This document shows, piece after piece, positions 1 through 8,102 of a stretch of 49,780 nucleotides of DNA. Within the stretch, counting starts at the first letter, position 1. Every line of letters begins with the position of its first letter. Source of the DNA: an uncultured bacterium (lineage in GTDB: Bacteria; Armatimonadota; HRBIN16); NCBI GenBank assembly GCA_937132045.1, contig CAKZNX010000162.1, forward strand, positions 1-49,780, given 5' to 3'. The translations under genes were made by a program, and so were the position numbers. Below the pieces are notes generated by a model. That model was given only the letters and a program-made list of their open reading frames with translations, was not told the DNA's origin and did not search any database.

Positions 1-923
1 CGCGCGCACAGCTCCGATTCGCGCCCCTCTCGCAGCGCCGCCACGATGTCCGCGATCGCCCGCTCGATGAAGCCCGGACCGTGCACGCCTTCGTTGCCAC
101 AGTCCACCACCTGCCATCTGGCATCACCGAAACTCCGATAGCGCAGGACAGGCGCGTGAGGCTCCATCGAGCCAATCTCTATAACCCCGTCGCTACCGAT
201 AATGCGGTGGTGCGCTCCAACCAGTCGCGCTCCCGCGCCAGTGGAAGCCACGCCCCACACGCCGTTGCGGTACTTCCAGAGTGCATACCCCTGATTCTCG
301 TTGTGTGTACCGAAGACAAGGTTTTCGGTGCGGTAGTCGATCTGCGCGATGACCCACTCAGCGAGGTTCTCGTCGTTGAAGTAGTTGCACATATCGAAGT
401 TGTGCGAGCCGTAGTCGTACAGGTTACCGGCGCCGAACTCCACGCGCACCAGATCGCCCACCACGCCGTCGTCCATCAGCTTCTTCGCCATTCGGAACGG
501 CTTGCCGAACCGACGCTGGTGATTGAATGTCAAACGAACGCCACGACGCTCGCACTCCTGAGCCATCAGCCGTGACGCTCCCCACGTGTATTCCATCGGC
601 TTTTCACAGTGGATTGCTTTGACGCCCGCCACCGCGCAGTCAATCACCAGTTCGGCATGTGTCATCGGCCAGGTGCATATGCTCACGATGTCCAGCTGTT
701 CCTTGTCCAGCATCTGTCGGTGGCTGGTGTATATCGCGGAGATTCCGTATGCCTCCGCGAAGGCTTGTGCGTTTGCCTCAACGATATCCGCACATGCCAC
801 CAGTTCGCAATCCTCCAGCAATCGATAGGCGTCCGCATGGGCGTACGCCATCGCGAATCCCATGCCGCTGGGACGCTCCGGTTTGCGCCCTGTGCCAATA
901 AAACCAACCCGAAACTTCGACAT
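1..923 (-). CDS. Gfo/Idh/MocA family oxidoreductase (runs off the left edge; absent from the ORF track)
   Basis: Manual translation from ATG at 923 (GGAGG RBS upstream): MSKFRVGFIGTG...ELVACAD...LDIVSICT...IHCEKPM...FNHQRRF. Rossmann start plus EKP motif; frame still sensible at the window edge. Confidence 0.9.
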   Translation of the reverse strand, partial: MSKFRVGFIGTGRKPERPSGMGFAMAYAHADAYRLLEDCELVACADIVEANAQAFAEAYGISAIYTSHRQMLDKEQLDIVSICTWPMTHAELVIDCAVAGVKAIHCEKPMEYTWGASRLMAQECERRGVRLTFNHQRRFGKPFRMAKKLMDDGVVGDLVRVEFGAGNLYDYGSHNFDMCNYFNDENLAEWVIAQIDYRTENLVFGTHNENQGYALWKYRNGVWGVASTGAGARLVGAHHRIIGSDGVIEIGSMEPHAPVLRYRSFGDARWQVVDCGNEGVHGPGFIERAIADIVAALREGRESELCA

Positions 924-1003
924 GATGTCCTCCCTGTACAGTCGCATTCCGTATTGACTTTGGCTGTGCCGGAGCGAGGTTCCTCTGATCGAGGGCGAGA
1001 AAA

Positions 1004-1038
1004 CAGCCCCTCCCCGGTCTTGAGCCAGAGAGGGGTTG
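1004..1038. terminator. GC-rich hairpin downstream of the envelope operon (possible terminator)
   Basis: cagcccctc...gaggggttg inverted repeat; aaaa just to the left gives a short U-tract on the minus strand. Confidence 0.4.
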
Positions 1039-1053
1039 AGGAGAAACTTACCG

Positions 1054-1959
1054 CTAGTCCACCACGAAAATCACCCGATACTCGTTCAGGAAGCCCGACG
1101 TCTCATTGGCTGCCATCAGCAGGCGTACGTCGTTGTCGGAAAGCACGGGGTCACAGCGTCCGGGCGTTCTGGCATACCCGACCGCTCGCAGGATCAGCGG
1201 GTTGCTGCCAGCGCGCCTGTTCGCCTTCGCCTCCTCCAGCGTTTTGGCATACGACACAATGCCCTGTTCGATGACGAGGTCGTGGCTGGCGTTCACCGTG
1301 CCCCATACCTCGCTGCCATCGGTTCGGCGCAGTTTGGGGCTCATCGCGGGGCGGATACCGAATCCGCGCGCATCCACAATCACGCTGGTGTACACGTTCG
1401 ATGCTACCGGTGCCGGTGCAGGAGCGGTCAGTGCAGGAGTGGCAGACCGGGTCACCACCGGTACCTGCGCAGCCGGTTGAGGAGTCTGCGCCGCAATCTC
1501 CGGCATCAGGATACGACTGAGGCTATCCTCGCCGTAGAGCCTCACGGCCATGGTCACTTCCACAGCTGGCGCGCCATTCAGGTTCACTTTCTGCTCGTGC
1601 ACCACCTCCGCACCCTTGACGAAACCGCGCACCTCCGTACGGATGCGCTCACTTTTCGCCTCGAAGTCTTCCGCGAAAGCGGTGGCATCGACACGAACAC
1701 GGTCGGTGACCATCAGCAAATTCTCCAGCGCCGTCATCACGGCGTAGCGACGGGCTTTCAGGTATGCCTTTGCCTTATTCGGCTCGTTGGTGGGGATAGC
1801 GCCCACGCCTTTCGCGTATATTACGCCATATTGCCAGTCGATCTTGCCCTTGTCTCCGATTTTCTCCACCAGCCCCACCATCTGACTTGCTGGCTGGCGC
1901 GATTGCGCCAGTGCCGACGCACAGACCATCACGCACAGCGCGGCTATCCAGTATCTCAT
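1054..1959 (-). CDS. Secreted LPP20/FlgP-like domain protein with a conserved C-terminal domain
   Basis: Signal peptide (ALA-Q); IYAKGVG...ARRYAVMTALENL...VRVD...IRTEVRGFVKGAEVV fits an LPP20-like pattern; Pro/Ala linker; C-terminal YTSVIVDARG..PAMSPK...RVIFVVD. Confidence 0.7.
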   Translation of the reverse strand: MRYWIAALCVMVCASALAQSRQPASQMVGLVEKIGDKGKIDWQYGVIYAKGVGAIPTNEPNKAKAYLKARRYAVMTALENLLMVTDRVRVDATAFAEDFEAKSERIRTEVRGFVKGAEVVHEQKVNLNGAPAVEVTMAVRLYGEDSLSRILMPEIAAQTPQPAAQVPVVTRSATPALTAPAPAPVASNVYTSVIVDARGFGIRPAMSPKLRRTDGSEVWGTVNASHDLVIEQGIVSYAKTLEEAKANRRAGSNPLILRAVGYARTPGRCDPVLSDNDVRLLMAANETSGFLNEYRVIFVVD

Positions 1960-1990
1960 TGCAGAGACCTCCTTCCGGTTATCTTTGAAC

Positions 1991-3076
1991 TTACCGCAAT
2001 GCCAGACGCACCACGCTCGGCGAGTGCCGAAGTATCACCACTCGTTTCGCGCCCACCTGAAGGCGCAGCAGCTGACGGCGCAGCACGGCTGGTGTCGCCT
2101 TCACCACCGCTTCCAGCACTCCATCGCCTGCCTCCATGCGCTCACCCTGCACGCTGACCACTCCGCGCATCTCTCGCAATTTGTCCGCGAACTGCGCAAG
2201 CGTTCGGTAGTCGGCATTGCGAAGGACAAACCGCACGCGCAACCCATTTTGTAGCTGAGCCAGCCACGCGCCTACCACCTTCTGAGCGAGCGCGCCTTTG
2301 CCCTCATCCACCAGGTCGGTGCCCAGATTCCTCAGCGCCTCGCGTTCCGCTTCCTCGTTTGAATTGAAGCTGATCCCTGCCGCCTCACACCGAAAGGGCG
2401 GAACGATGGTGGCTCCGCTATCCGCCCAGACCACGCGCACCTCGGCAAACGCCTTGCAGGTTCCCACTACCTCCCCCAGCCTGTAGGGAGCGCTTCGATC
2501 GCCAAGACGGATGACCGCTTCTGTGCGCACAGTGCCCAACACCAACACTTCGGGAGGCGTCGTCGTGCCTTCGACGACTTCGAACCCTCGTACGCGCAGG
2601 GCGTGTACGAGCGCAGACGTGGCATGTGGCTCTGTTTGCCGGGTCTCGGCGGAAATCAACCTGACCTGCACCCTCGGACGCTCCAGCGCGTTGTACACCT
2701 CCGGTATCTGCCACAGGTCTTTCACTGCCTCCGTTGTGCCCACCACTGCGCGGATGCGCACCTTCAACAGCCCGCTGCGGGTGTCCCACTCCGGCTCGCC
2801 CAGCATCTCCCAGCGCTTGATGTAGCCGTGACTGCGCGTGCGAATGCTCTCCCACACCACCTCGTAGTCCTGCGCCAGCGCCTCTGCGTCCACCAGTACG
2901 CCCACAGCCTGCTCCACAGCGTTGCGTTTGGCGTCCAGCACCGCCTGCTCGATGCACGCTGCGCGGTCGCTACCGATAGCAGCCATTCCGCTGGCGACAA
3001 CCTCCACATCGGGCTGCGCACCGTTCGCGGCGCCTCCAAGCAACAGCAGAAACAGTATGGCAACGCAAGAGCGCAT
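1991..3076 (-). CDS. Secreted protein with FlgT N-terminal-like domain
   Basis: ATG at 3076 lies 1 nt after the upstream stop; signal peptide; VVASGMA...AVLDAKRNAVEQAVGVLV...IRTRSHGYIK resembles FlgT_N/LPP20-fold domains. Confidence 0.65.
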   Translation of the reverse strand: MRSCVAILFLLLLGGAANGAQPDVEVVASGMAAIGSDRAACIEQAVLDAKRNAVEQAVGVLVDAEALAQDYEVVWESIRTRSHGYIKRWEMLGEPEWDTRSGLLKVRIRAVVGTTEAVKDLWQIPEVYNALERPRVQVRLISAETRQTEPHATSALVHALRVRGFEVVEGTTTPPEVLVLGTVRTEAVIRLGDRSAPYRLGEVVGTCKAFAEVRVVWADSGATIVPPFRCEAAGISFNSNEEAEREALRNLGTDLVDEGKGALAQKVVGAWLAQLQNGLRVRFVLRNADYRTLAQFADKLREMRGVVSVQGERMEAGDGVLEAVVKATPAVLRRQLLRLQVGAKRVVILRHSPSVVRLALR

Positions 3077-3077
3077 C

Positions 3078-4406
3078 TCAGTCAACCAGAAACACCACAC
3101 GCCACCGCTTCAAGAACCCCGACTGGCTATCTGCCTGCAGGATGCGCTCGGCATCACCAGTGCTGATGACCACCGTGTCACGAGCGCGCCCTGTTACCTT
3201 AACGGCACGCACATACACCGGGTTGTCGCCTGCTCGTTTGCTGTCTGCTTCTAAACGCACGAAATCCGCAATCCCATACTCCTGAATGTAGTCCAGCGGA
3301 GGAACGCTTTTGGCGTCGGGATACAACTGCCTCCCGCTAGAGTCTGCCAGCACTGGGCTCATGCATGGGCGCATCTTCAGTCCGCGCGTATCGATGACGA
3401 GACCCGTCCAGACACCTGGTGCCCGAGGAGCGGCGGTGAGATCGGCGGATACTACCTGCATTGTTGGCGGCGGCGGCATCATTCGCGCCAGTAGCGACGC
3501 CAGCTGTCGGCGAGTCAGAATGTGGTGTCGAGAGGCTTCTGCGATGTTCCGGATGTAACCCTGTTGTAGCGCCTGGTACACGTATGGTCGCGCCCACGCG
3601 GGCAGAAGCGCCAGTGCACCCTCCGCATAAGGCTGTTGTTCAAAGCGTTCGCGAGGCAGACAGAGACGGGTCAAAGCGACCACCGCCCTAAGGCTGGTGA
3701 TCAGGTCACCGCTTCGGGTGGAATCGAACTCGGCGACACCTTCCCACTTGCGTGCGGAAGCAAACCGCGCCAGCACCCTTGCGAAATCTCCCGCACTGAC
3801 CGGCTTGTCGGGCAGGAAGTATCCGTCCGGCGTGCCCAGCATCCAGCCCTGCTGAACCACATAAAGGATCTCAACTTCGTCTTCCACATCTGTCAACTTC
3901 AGCTGTGCGACACTCGGTCGGCTCTGCCCAGGCTCGAGAGAAGCCAGCTCCATGCCGGTCAACCGCAGGTGAAGGCGGTTCGCCAGGTCGCCAAGCAGGT
4001 GGTAGAGGTCGGTCAATTTGCCCTGCACGTTCTCGGCGCGTCCGCTCATCACCTTGCCGGTGCGCACGTCCACCATCCGCGCATTGACCACAATCTGGTT
4101 GCCACGGACGTAGTAACTGCCCACGATGATGGCGTCCGCACCAACCAGTTTGCCCACCCGTTTCACCTGCGAGGGCTCTGTTAGACCGGTGCTCTGCAAA
4201 CGCAGCTCCCGCAGTGCCTGTCCCAGCTGGGCGCGCTCCACCAGTGTGATCCGGTCGGACTTGGCGAGGTCAGTTCCCAGTGTCTCGGCGATTTCCTGAC
4301 CGATTTCCACCGGTTTGCCGACGAAATCAGCGACCGCGATGACCTCACCGGAGGCGACCGCAACTCCCGCGCACAGCAGGTACGCGAGCAACCATAATCT
4401 CACCAT
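3078..4406 (-). CDS. Secreted CsgG/FlgO-like + SLH domains + C-terminal domain shared with 1054..1959
   Basis: IAVADF...LVERAQL..ALRELRLQSTGL...VGKLVGADAIIVGS...VNARMVDVRTG (CsgG/HfaB/FlgO-like); GWMLGTPDGYFLPDKPVS and WARPYV..LTRRQLA (SLH-like); WTGLVIDTRGL..PCMSP..RVVFLVD. Confidence 0.75.
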   Translation of the reverse strand: MVRLWLLAYLLCAGVAVASGEVIAVADFVGKPVEIGQEIAETLGTDLAKSDRITLVERAQLGQALRELRLQSTGLTEPSQVKRVGKLVGADAIIVGSYYVRGNQIVVNARMVDVRTGKVMSGRAENVQGKLTDLYHLLGDLANRLHLRLTGMELASLEPGQSRPSVAQLKLTDVEDEVEILYVVQQGWMLGTPDGYFLPDKPVSAGDFARVLARFASARKWEGVAEFDSTRSGDLITSLRAVVALTRLCLPRERFEQQPYAEGALALLPAWARPYVYQALQQGYIRNIAEASRHHILTRRQLASLLARMMPPPPTMQVVSADLTAAPRAPGVWTGLVIDTRGLKMRPCMSPVLADSSGRQLYPDAKSVPPLDYIQEYGIADFVRLEADSKRAGDNPVYVRAVKVTGRARDTVVISTGDAERILQADSQSGFLKRWRVVFLVD

Positions 4407-4439
4407 GACGGCACGCTCCTTTGGCGTTGCAATACCGCT

Positions 4440-5438
4440 TCATCTGTGACCTGCCGCAGATACAGACGGCTCGGAGGTTGCGGGTGTTATCGCGCGTTGC
4501 ACCTGCGCCTCCAGCAGGCAGAGGAGCTCGGCAAATTGCGCGCGACTGAGGGGTTTGTGTGCCCCCGCCGACAGCCACGTCCTTGCCCAATCGGGTATCT
4601 CCAGAAAGTAACTGCATGGTGCCCCGCTCAACGCTTCTGCGACACGAACCGCCTTGAGGCGATTGACGGCGCTGATTCCTTCGTCTTTCGGGAAGAGGTG
4701 CGCATCGTGAAGGGAATATCTCCGGGCGAATCGGCGCACGGTCTCGTAAAAGTAGCGCTCGCTCACGGTCTCGTAAGGGCGGAAAGAGCCATCGGCAAAT
4801 AGCCGCATCCACCCTTTGCCCAGCACGCTGGCGATGGCGGCGCTTTCGGGCAGGTTTGTCCAGTCGGGAGCAGGATGTGGTGAGGGCGCTCGGGTGTCGA
4901 CAACGACGATGGCTGTCGGCTCTGAACGTGCCGGTGCTGGTTCTGCGAAGCCCGGTAGAGGTTCTCCCGTAAGGCGATGATGCAGACGGTTTGCCAGATC
5001 GTGCGCGAGCGCAAACAGCTCGTCGCTCCACCCTTCGGTGTTTTCCGCTGCTCCCGCGAATAGCGCGCCGGTGCGCACGTCGAGCACCCGGGCGTTAAGG
5101 ATCATTCTGCCCTCGTTCACACTCACGCTTCCCACCACGACATGCGTGGCACCGATGACCCGTCCCGCCCGCGCCATCTCACTCGCCTCGGTCAAGCCCG
5201 ACCTTTGCAGGCGCAGTTCGCTTACCGCCTGACGCAGCTGCGCCCGTTCCACCAACGTGAGCCTGCGCGATTTGGCAAGGTCGGTCAAAACGGTTTCCGT
5301 GACCGCCTGACACAGCGATGGGTTATCTCCGGTGAAGTCCGCGACCGCCAGCACCGGCACCTGGTGCTGTTGCGCGAGTGCGGACATTGCAGACACCAGC
5401 AGAGGCAACAGAGACCAGAAAAGAAGTCTGCGAACCAA
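4440..5438 (-). CDS. Secreted CsgG/FlgO-like + SLH-like domain protein
   Basis: TTG start with GGAGG RBS; signal peptide; LAVADF...LVERAQL..SELRLQRSGL...LNARVLDVRTG; GWMRLFADGSFRPYETVS and LSRAQFAELL (SLH-like). Confidence 0.75.
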   Translation of the reverse strand: MVRRLLFWSLLPLLVSAMSALAQQHQVPVLAVADFTGDNPSLCQAVTETVLTDLAKSRRLTLVERAQLRQAVSELRLQRSGLTEASEMARAGRVIGATHVVVGSVSVNEGRMILNARVLDVRTGALFAGAAENTEGWSDELFALAHDLANRLHHRLTGEPLPGFAEPAPARSEPTAIVVVDTRAPSPHPAPDWTNLPESAAIASVLGKGWMRLFADGSFRPYETVSERYFYETVRRFARRYSLHDAHLFPKDEGISAVNRLKAVRVAEALSGAPCSYFLEIPDWARTWLSAGAHKPLSRAQFAELLCLLEAQVQRAITPATSEPSVSAAGHR

Positions 5439-5469
5439 GCTTGCTCACCTCCCTTCTAGGGATAGCTAC

Positions 5470-5499
5470 ATTTAAACACCGCGGCAATGTCCGTGTCAA
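5470..5499 (-). promoter_or_regulatory. Putative sigma70 promoter of the envelope operon
   Basis: Minus strand TTGACA (5499-5494) with a weak -10 (TTAAAT) 18 nt downstream. Confidence 0.4.
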
Positions 5500-5508
5500 T
5501 ACGCCTGC

Positions 5509-5684
5509 GAGGCTGTGTGAAGACCCGTCGCCATCGTGGAGCCGACGACCAGAACCGTTGTAAAAAGCCGTTTGACACTCCTCTCCCCCCCCTCTCCCCG
5601 AAGCGGGGAGAGGTTTCGAACTCCCCCTTCCCGCGTCGAGAAGGGGGTCGGGGGGTAAGGTATGGTCCTTTTTCCTTCACCCTC
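5509..5684. mobile_element. MITE-like dispersed element, copy 1 (~176 bp)
   Basis: Colinear with 33052-33226; imperfect terminal inverted repeats GAGGCTGTGTGAA / TTTTTCCTTCACCCTC; internal hairpins cctctccccg-aag-cggggagagg and cccccttc..gaaggggg. Confidence 0.75.
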
Positions 5685-5790
5685 TTACGGCTGCTATGGC
5701 GCGGGCTGAGGCAGGAACATAGCGATCCTCTGGCGAAGGCTTTGGTGGTGACACGTGTCTGGCAAGTAATCTCGTCGTGAGGAGGCAGTG

Positions 5791-7005
5791 ATGAACGCTC
5801 AGGAGATTTTGTCCACAGCCGACAGCCGAATCGAGAAAATCCGTAAGGCGGACGTCACGGTGAAGGTGGTCAACCGACAGGGCAGACCGCTCGCTGGCGT
5901 TCAGGTGGACGTGGAGCAGACACGCCACGCCTTTTTGTTCGGCTGTAACATTTTCGGCCTTTTCTCGTATGAGGGGGAACAGCAACGAAAGTACCACGAG
6001 CTGTTTTCCTCGCTGTGGAACTTCGCGACGCTCGGTTTCTACTGGGGCGCGTATGAACCGGAACGCGGACGCACACAAGCTGCGCGGGAGCTGCAGGAAC
6101 GCATTGCCCGGTGGTGCAAGGAACGTAACATCACCACAAAGGGACATCCGCTGGTCTGGCATGAGGTCTACCCGCGTTGGGCGCCGAGTTCTCCCGACGA
6201 AGCGAAGCCACTTCTTCGTGACCGCGTCAGAGAGATCGTCTCGCAGTTCAAAGGTCTGATTGACTGCTGGGATGTGGTGAACGAAGCTACCGTTTCGGCG
6301 CGGTTTGATAACGGCGTCGGAAACTGGATCAAGCGTGACGGCGCAGGCGCGGTCGTGGCAGAGTGTATTGGGTGGGCACGAGAGGCAAGTCCGAAAGCAA
6401 CCCTGCTGTACAACGATTACAACATCAGCGCCGACTTCGAGAGGCTCGTGGAGGAACTCATCCGCCGAAGAGCACCCTTCGACGCTGTTGGCATCCAGTC
6501 GCACATGCACGGAGGCGAATGGACTTTGGAGCGAGCCTGGCAGGTATGCGAAACCTACAGTCGCTTCGGTAAGCCACTGCACTTCACCGAGACCACTGTC
6601 ATCTCGGGTGAGCACGGCTTCATGCGTCCGCGACCCTGGCCCACCACCCCGGATGGCGAGGCAAGGCAGGCGGATTACGTGCCGAAGTTCTACACGGTGC
6701 TTTTCTCGCATCCGGCGGTGGAAGCGATAACCTGGTGGGACCTGATGGACGGCGCGTGGCAGGGAGCGCCTGCTGGGCTGGTTCGTGCCGATCTCAGTCC
6801 CAAGCCAGCCTATCACCGCCTGATGAGCCTCATCAAAGGCAAGTGGTCGACAAAGGACACCGTGCGTACAAACGCCCGCGGCGAGGCAAGCCTGCGCGGC
6901 TTTCTGGGCGACTACAGGGTCACCGCCTCTGGCGCTGCAGGAAAGCGCACGCAGAACTTCAACCTCAAGCGTGGCAAGAACGAGTGGGTGATCCGGCTGG
7001 GCTAA
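5791..7005 (+). CDS. GH10 family glycoside hydrolase (endo-1,4-beta-xylanase-like), no signal peptide
   Basis: KGHPLVWH, WDVVNE (acid/base), YNDYN, GIQSHMH, HFTE (nucleophile); RBS GGAGG at 5781; alternative GTG start at 5788. Confidence 0.9.
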   Translation: MNAQEILSTADSRIEKIRKADVTVKVVNRQGRPLAGVQVDVEQTRHAFLFGCNIFGLFSYEGEQQRKYHELFSSLWNFATLGFYWGAYEPERGRTQAARELQERIARWCKERNITTKGHPLVWHEVYPRWAPSSPDEAKPLLRDRVREIVSQFKGLIDCWDVVNEATVSARFDNGVGNWIKRDGAGAVVAECIGWAREASPKATLLYNDYNISADFERLVEELIRRRAPFDAVGIQSHMHGGEWTLERAWQVCETYSRFGKPLHFTETTVISGEHGFMRPRPWPTTPDGEARQADYVPKFYTVLFSHPAVEAITWWDLMDGAWQGAPAGLVRADLSPKPAYHRLMSLIKGKWSTKDTVRTNARGEASLRGFLGDYRVTASGAAGKRTQNFNLKRGKNEWVIRLG

Positions 7006-7192
7006 CGCCGTGCTGTACGCGCTGGTGGTGGACAGTCTGACCTGACCTTCTTCCCAGGCCTCGCCACCGGCGCGCCGACCCCATGCCCCTCAATGCGAGT
7101 TTCCCTCGCCCCTTTCTATCATCGCTCCTTGCAACAGAAGCGTCCTCCGCACGAAACGTTCCGACGTCCAGACAGACCACACTAACGGCAAA

Positions 7193-7221
7193 ATCTTAGT
7201 GTAACTGAGAGTCATTATCAA
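7193..7221 (-). promoter_or_regulatory. Leftward sigma70 promoter overlapped by the Fur box
   Basis: Minus strand TTGATA-17 nt-TAAGAT. Confidence 0.55.
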
Positions 7222-7223
7222 TT
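7203..7223. promoter_or_regulatory. Fur-box-like operator
   Basis: AACTGAGAGTCATTATCAATT; the core TGAGAGT-C-ATTATCA matches 12 of 14 positions of the 7-1-7 Fur consensus TGATAAT-N-ATTATCA. Confidence 0.65.
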
Positions 7224-7255
7224 TTAGAAAACCATAAAATTTTCTTTAATTGCCC

Positions 7256-7284
7256 TTGAAAACTCCTTCACTATGCTATATAAT
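7256..7284 (+). promoter_or_regulatory. sigma70 promoter of the prepilin-type gene
   Basis: TTGAAA-17 nt-TATAAT with an AT-rich upstream tract. Confidence 0.75.
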
Positions 7285-7317
7285 ATGGATAAACTCGTCC
7301 AATACGGGAGGTCAGCA

Positions 7318-8061
7318 ATGCGAAAGAAGCCGGGCACTGCACAAGGTGCCTTTACCCTTATCGAGCTGCTTGTGGTGATCGCGATTATCGCGATACTCGC
7401 AGCGATACTCTTCCCTGTCTTCGCACAGGCACGGGAGAAGGCGAGACAATCGGCATGTCTGTCGAACGTGCGCCAGATGGCAGTTGCCATCAGCCTGTAC
7501 TTGCAGGACTACGAGGCGTTTCCCATGTATGCGGTGGCGGGCAGTGAAAACCGCTGGTGGAATCAGCTCGAGCCGTATATCCGCAATCGGGAGCTATACC
7601 GCTGTCCGACCGTTCCGCAGCTGCGCTACGGGCGCAACATGGCGTACGGATACAACTATCAGTATCTCGGAAATTCGAGGGGCAACTGCTGGAACGTGCC
7701 GGTGACGGAGGCGCAGATTGACGTGCCCGCAAGCACGCTGGCAGTAGCCGACAGTCAGGGTTCCGGAACACGCTTGTGCGACAACGACGATCCAACCGAC
7801 CCTGACTACAGAAATCTCGACTGCCTCGGCAACCACGGTTACGCCATAGACCCACCCTTCCTGCCGCCGTGCCGGTCTGGCGGAGGACCGAACCGTTATT
7901 CCACCGGCGGTATCCCCGGAGTTCGCGTCCCGCCAGCTGACCGACACCTGGGAGGCACAAACGTGGCGTTCATTGACGGACACGCGAAGTGGATGCGCGC
8001 CGATGAGCTGAACATCGACAATCGCTGGTGGAACGGACGATACCCGGACCCGGCTCCCTGA
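7318..8061 (+). CDS. Prepilin-type N-terminal cleavage/methylation protein with H-X9-DG motif (DUF1559-like)
   Basis: AFTLIELLVVIAIIAILAAILFPVFAQAREKARQSACLSN; C-terminal RHLGGTNVAFIDGHAK; GGGAGG RBS before ATG 7318. Confidence 0.92.
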   Translation: MRKKPGTAQGAFTLIELLVVIAIIAILAAILFPVFAQAREKARQSACLSNVRQMAVAISLYLQDYEAFPMYAVAGSENRWWNQLEPYIRNRELYRCPTVPQLRYGRNMAYGYNYQYLGNSRGNCWNVPVTEAQIDVPASTLAVADSQGSGTRLCDNDDPTDPDYRNLDCLGNHGYAIDPPFLPPCRSGGGPNRYSTGGIPGVRVPPADRHLGGTNVAFIDGHAKWMRADELNIDNRWWNGRYPDPAP

Positions 8062-8070
8062 GAAACGCCA

Positions 8071-8096
8071 CAGGCGGGGAGATAACTCCCCGCCTG
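8071..8096. terminator. Hairpin between convergent genes
   Basis: Perfect 11-bp stem caggcggggag-ataa-ctccccgcctg; no U-tract. Confidence 0.65.
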
Positions 8097-8102
8097 CCCA
8101 CA

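Noticed and set aside
81..2157. Plus-strand ORFs 81..575, 609..1274 and 1036..2157
   Set aside because: Antisense shadows of well-supported minus-strand genes; no motifs; expected in GC-rich DNA
5456..5780. Short ORFs 5456..5680 and 5487..5780
   Set aside because: Translations of the MITE-like repeat
6965..7180. 71-aa ORF as a Fur-regulated HemP-like protein (GKLAL resembles GKLIL)
   Set aside because: Lacks the other HemP features, has no RBS and overlaps the GH10 3' end
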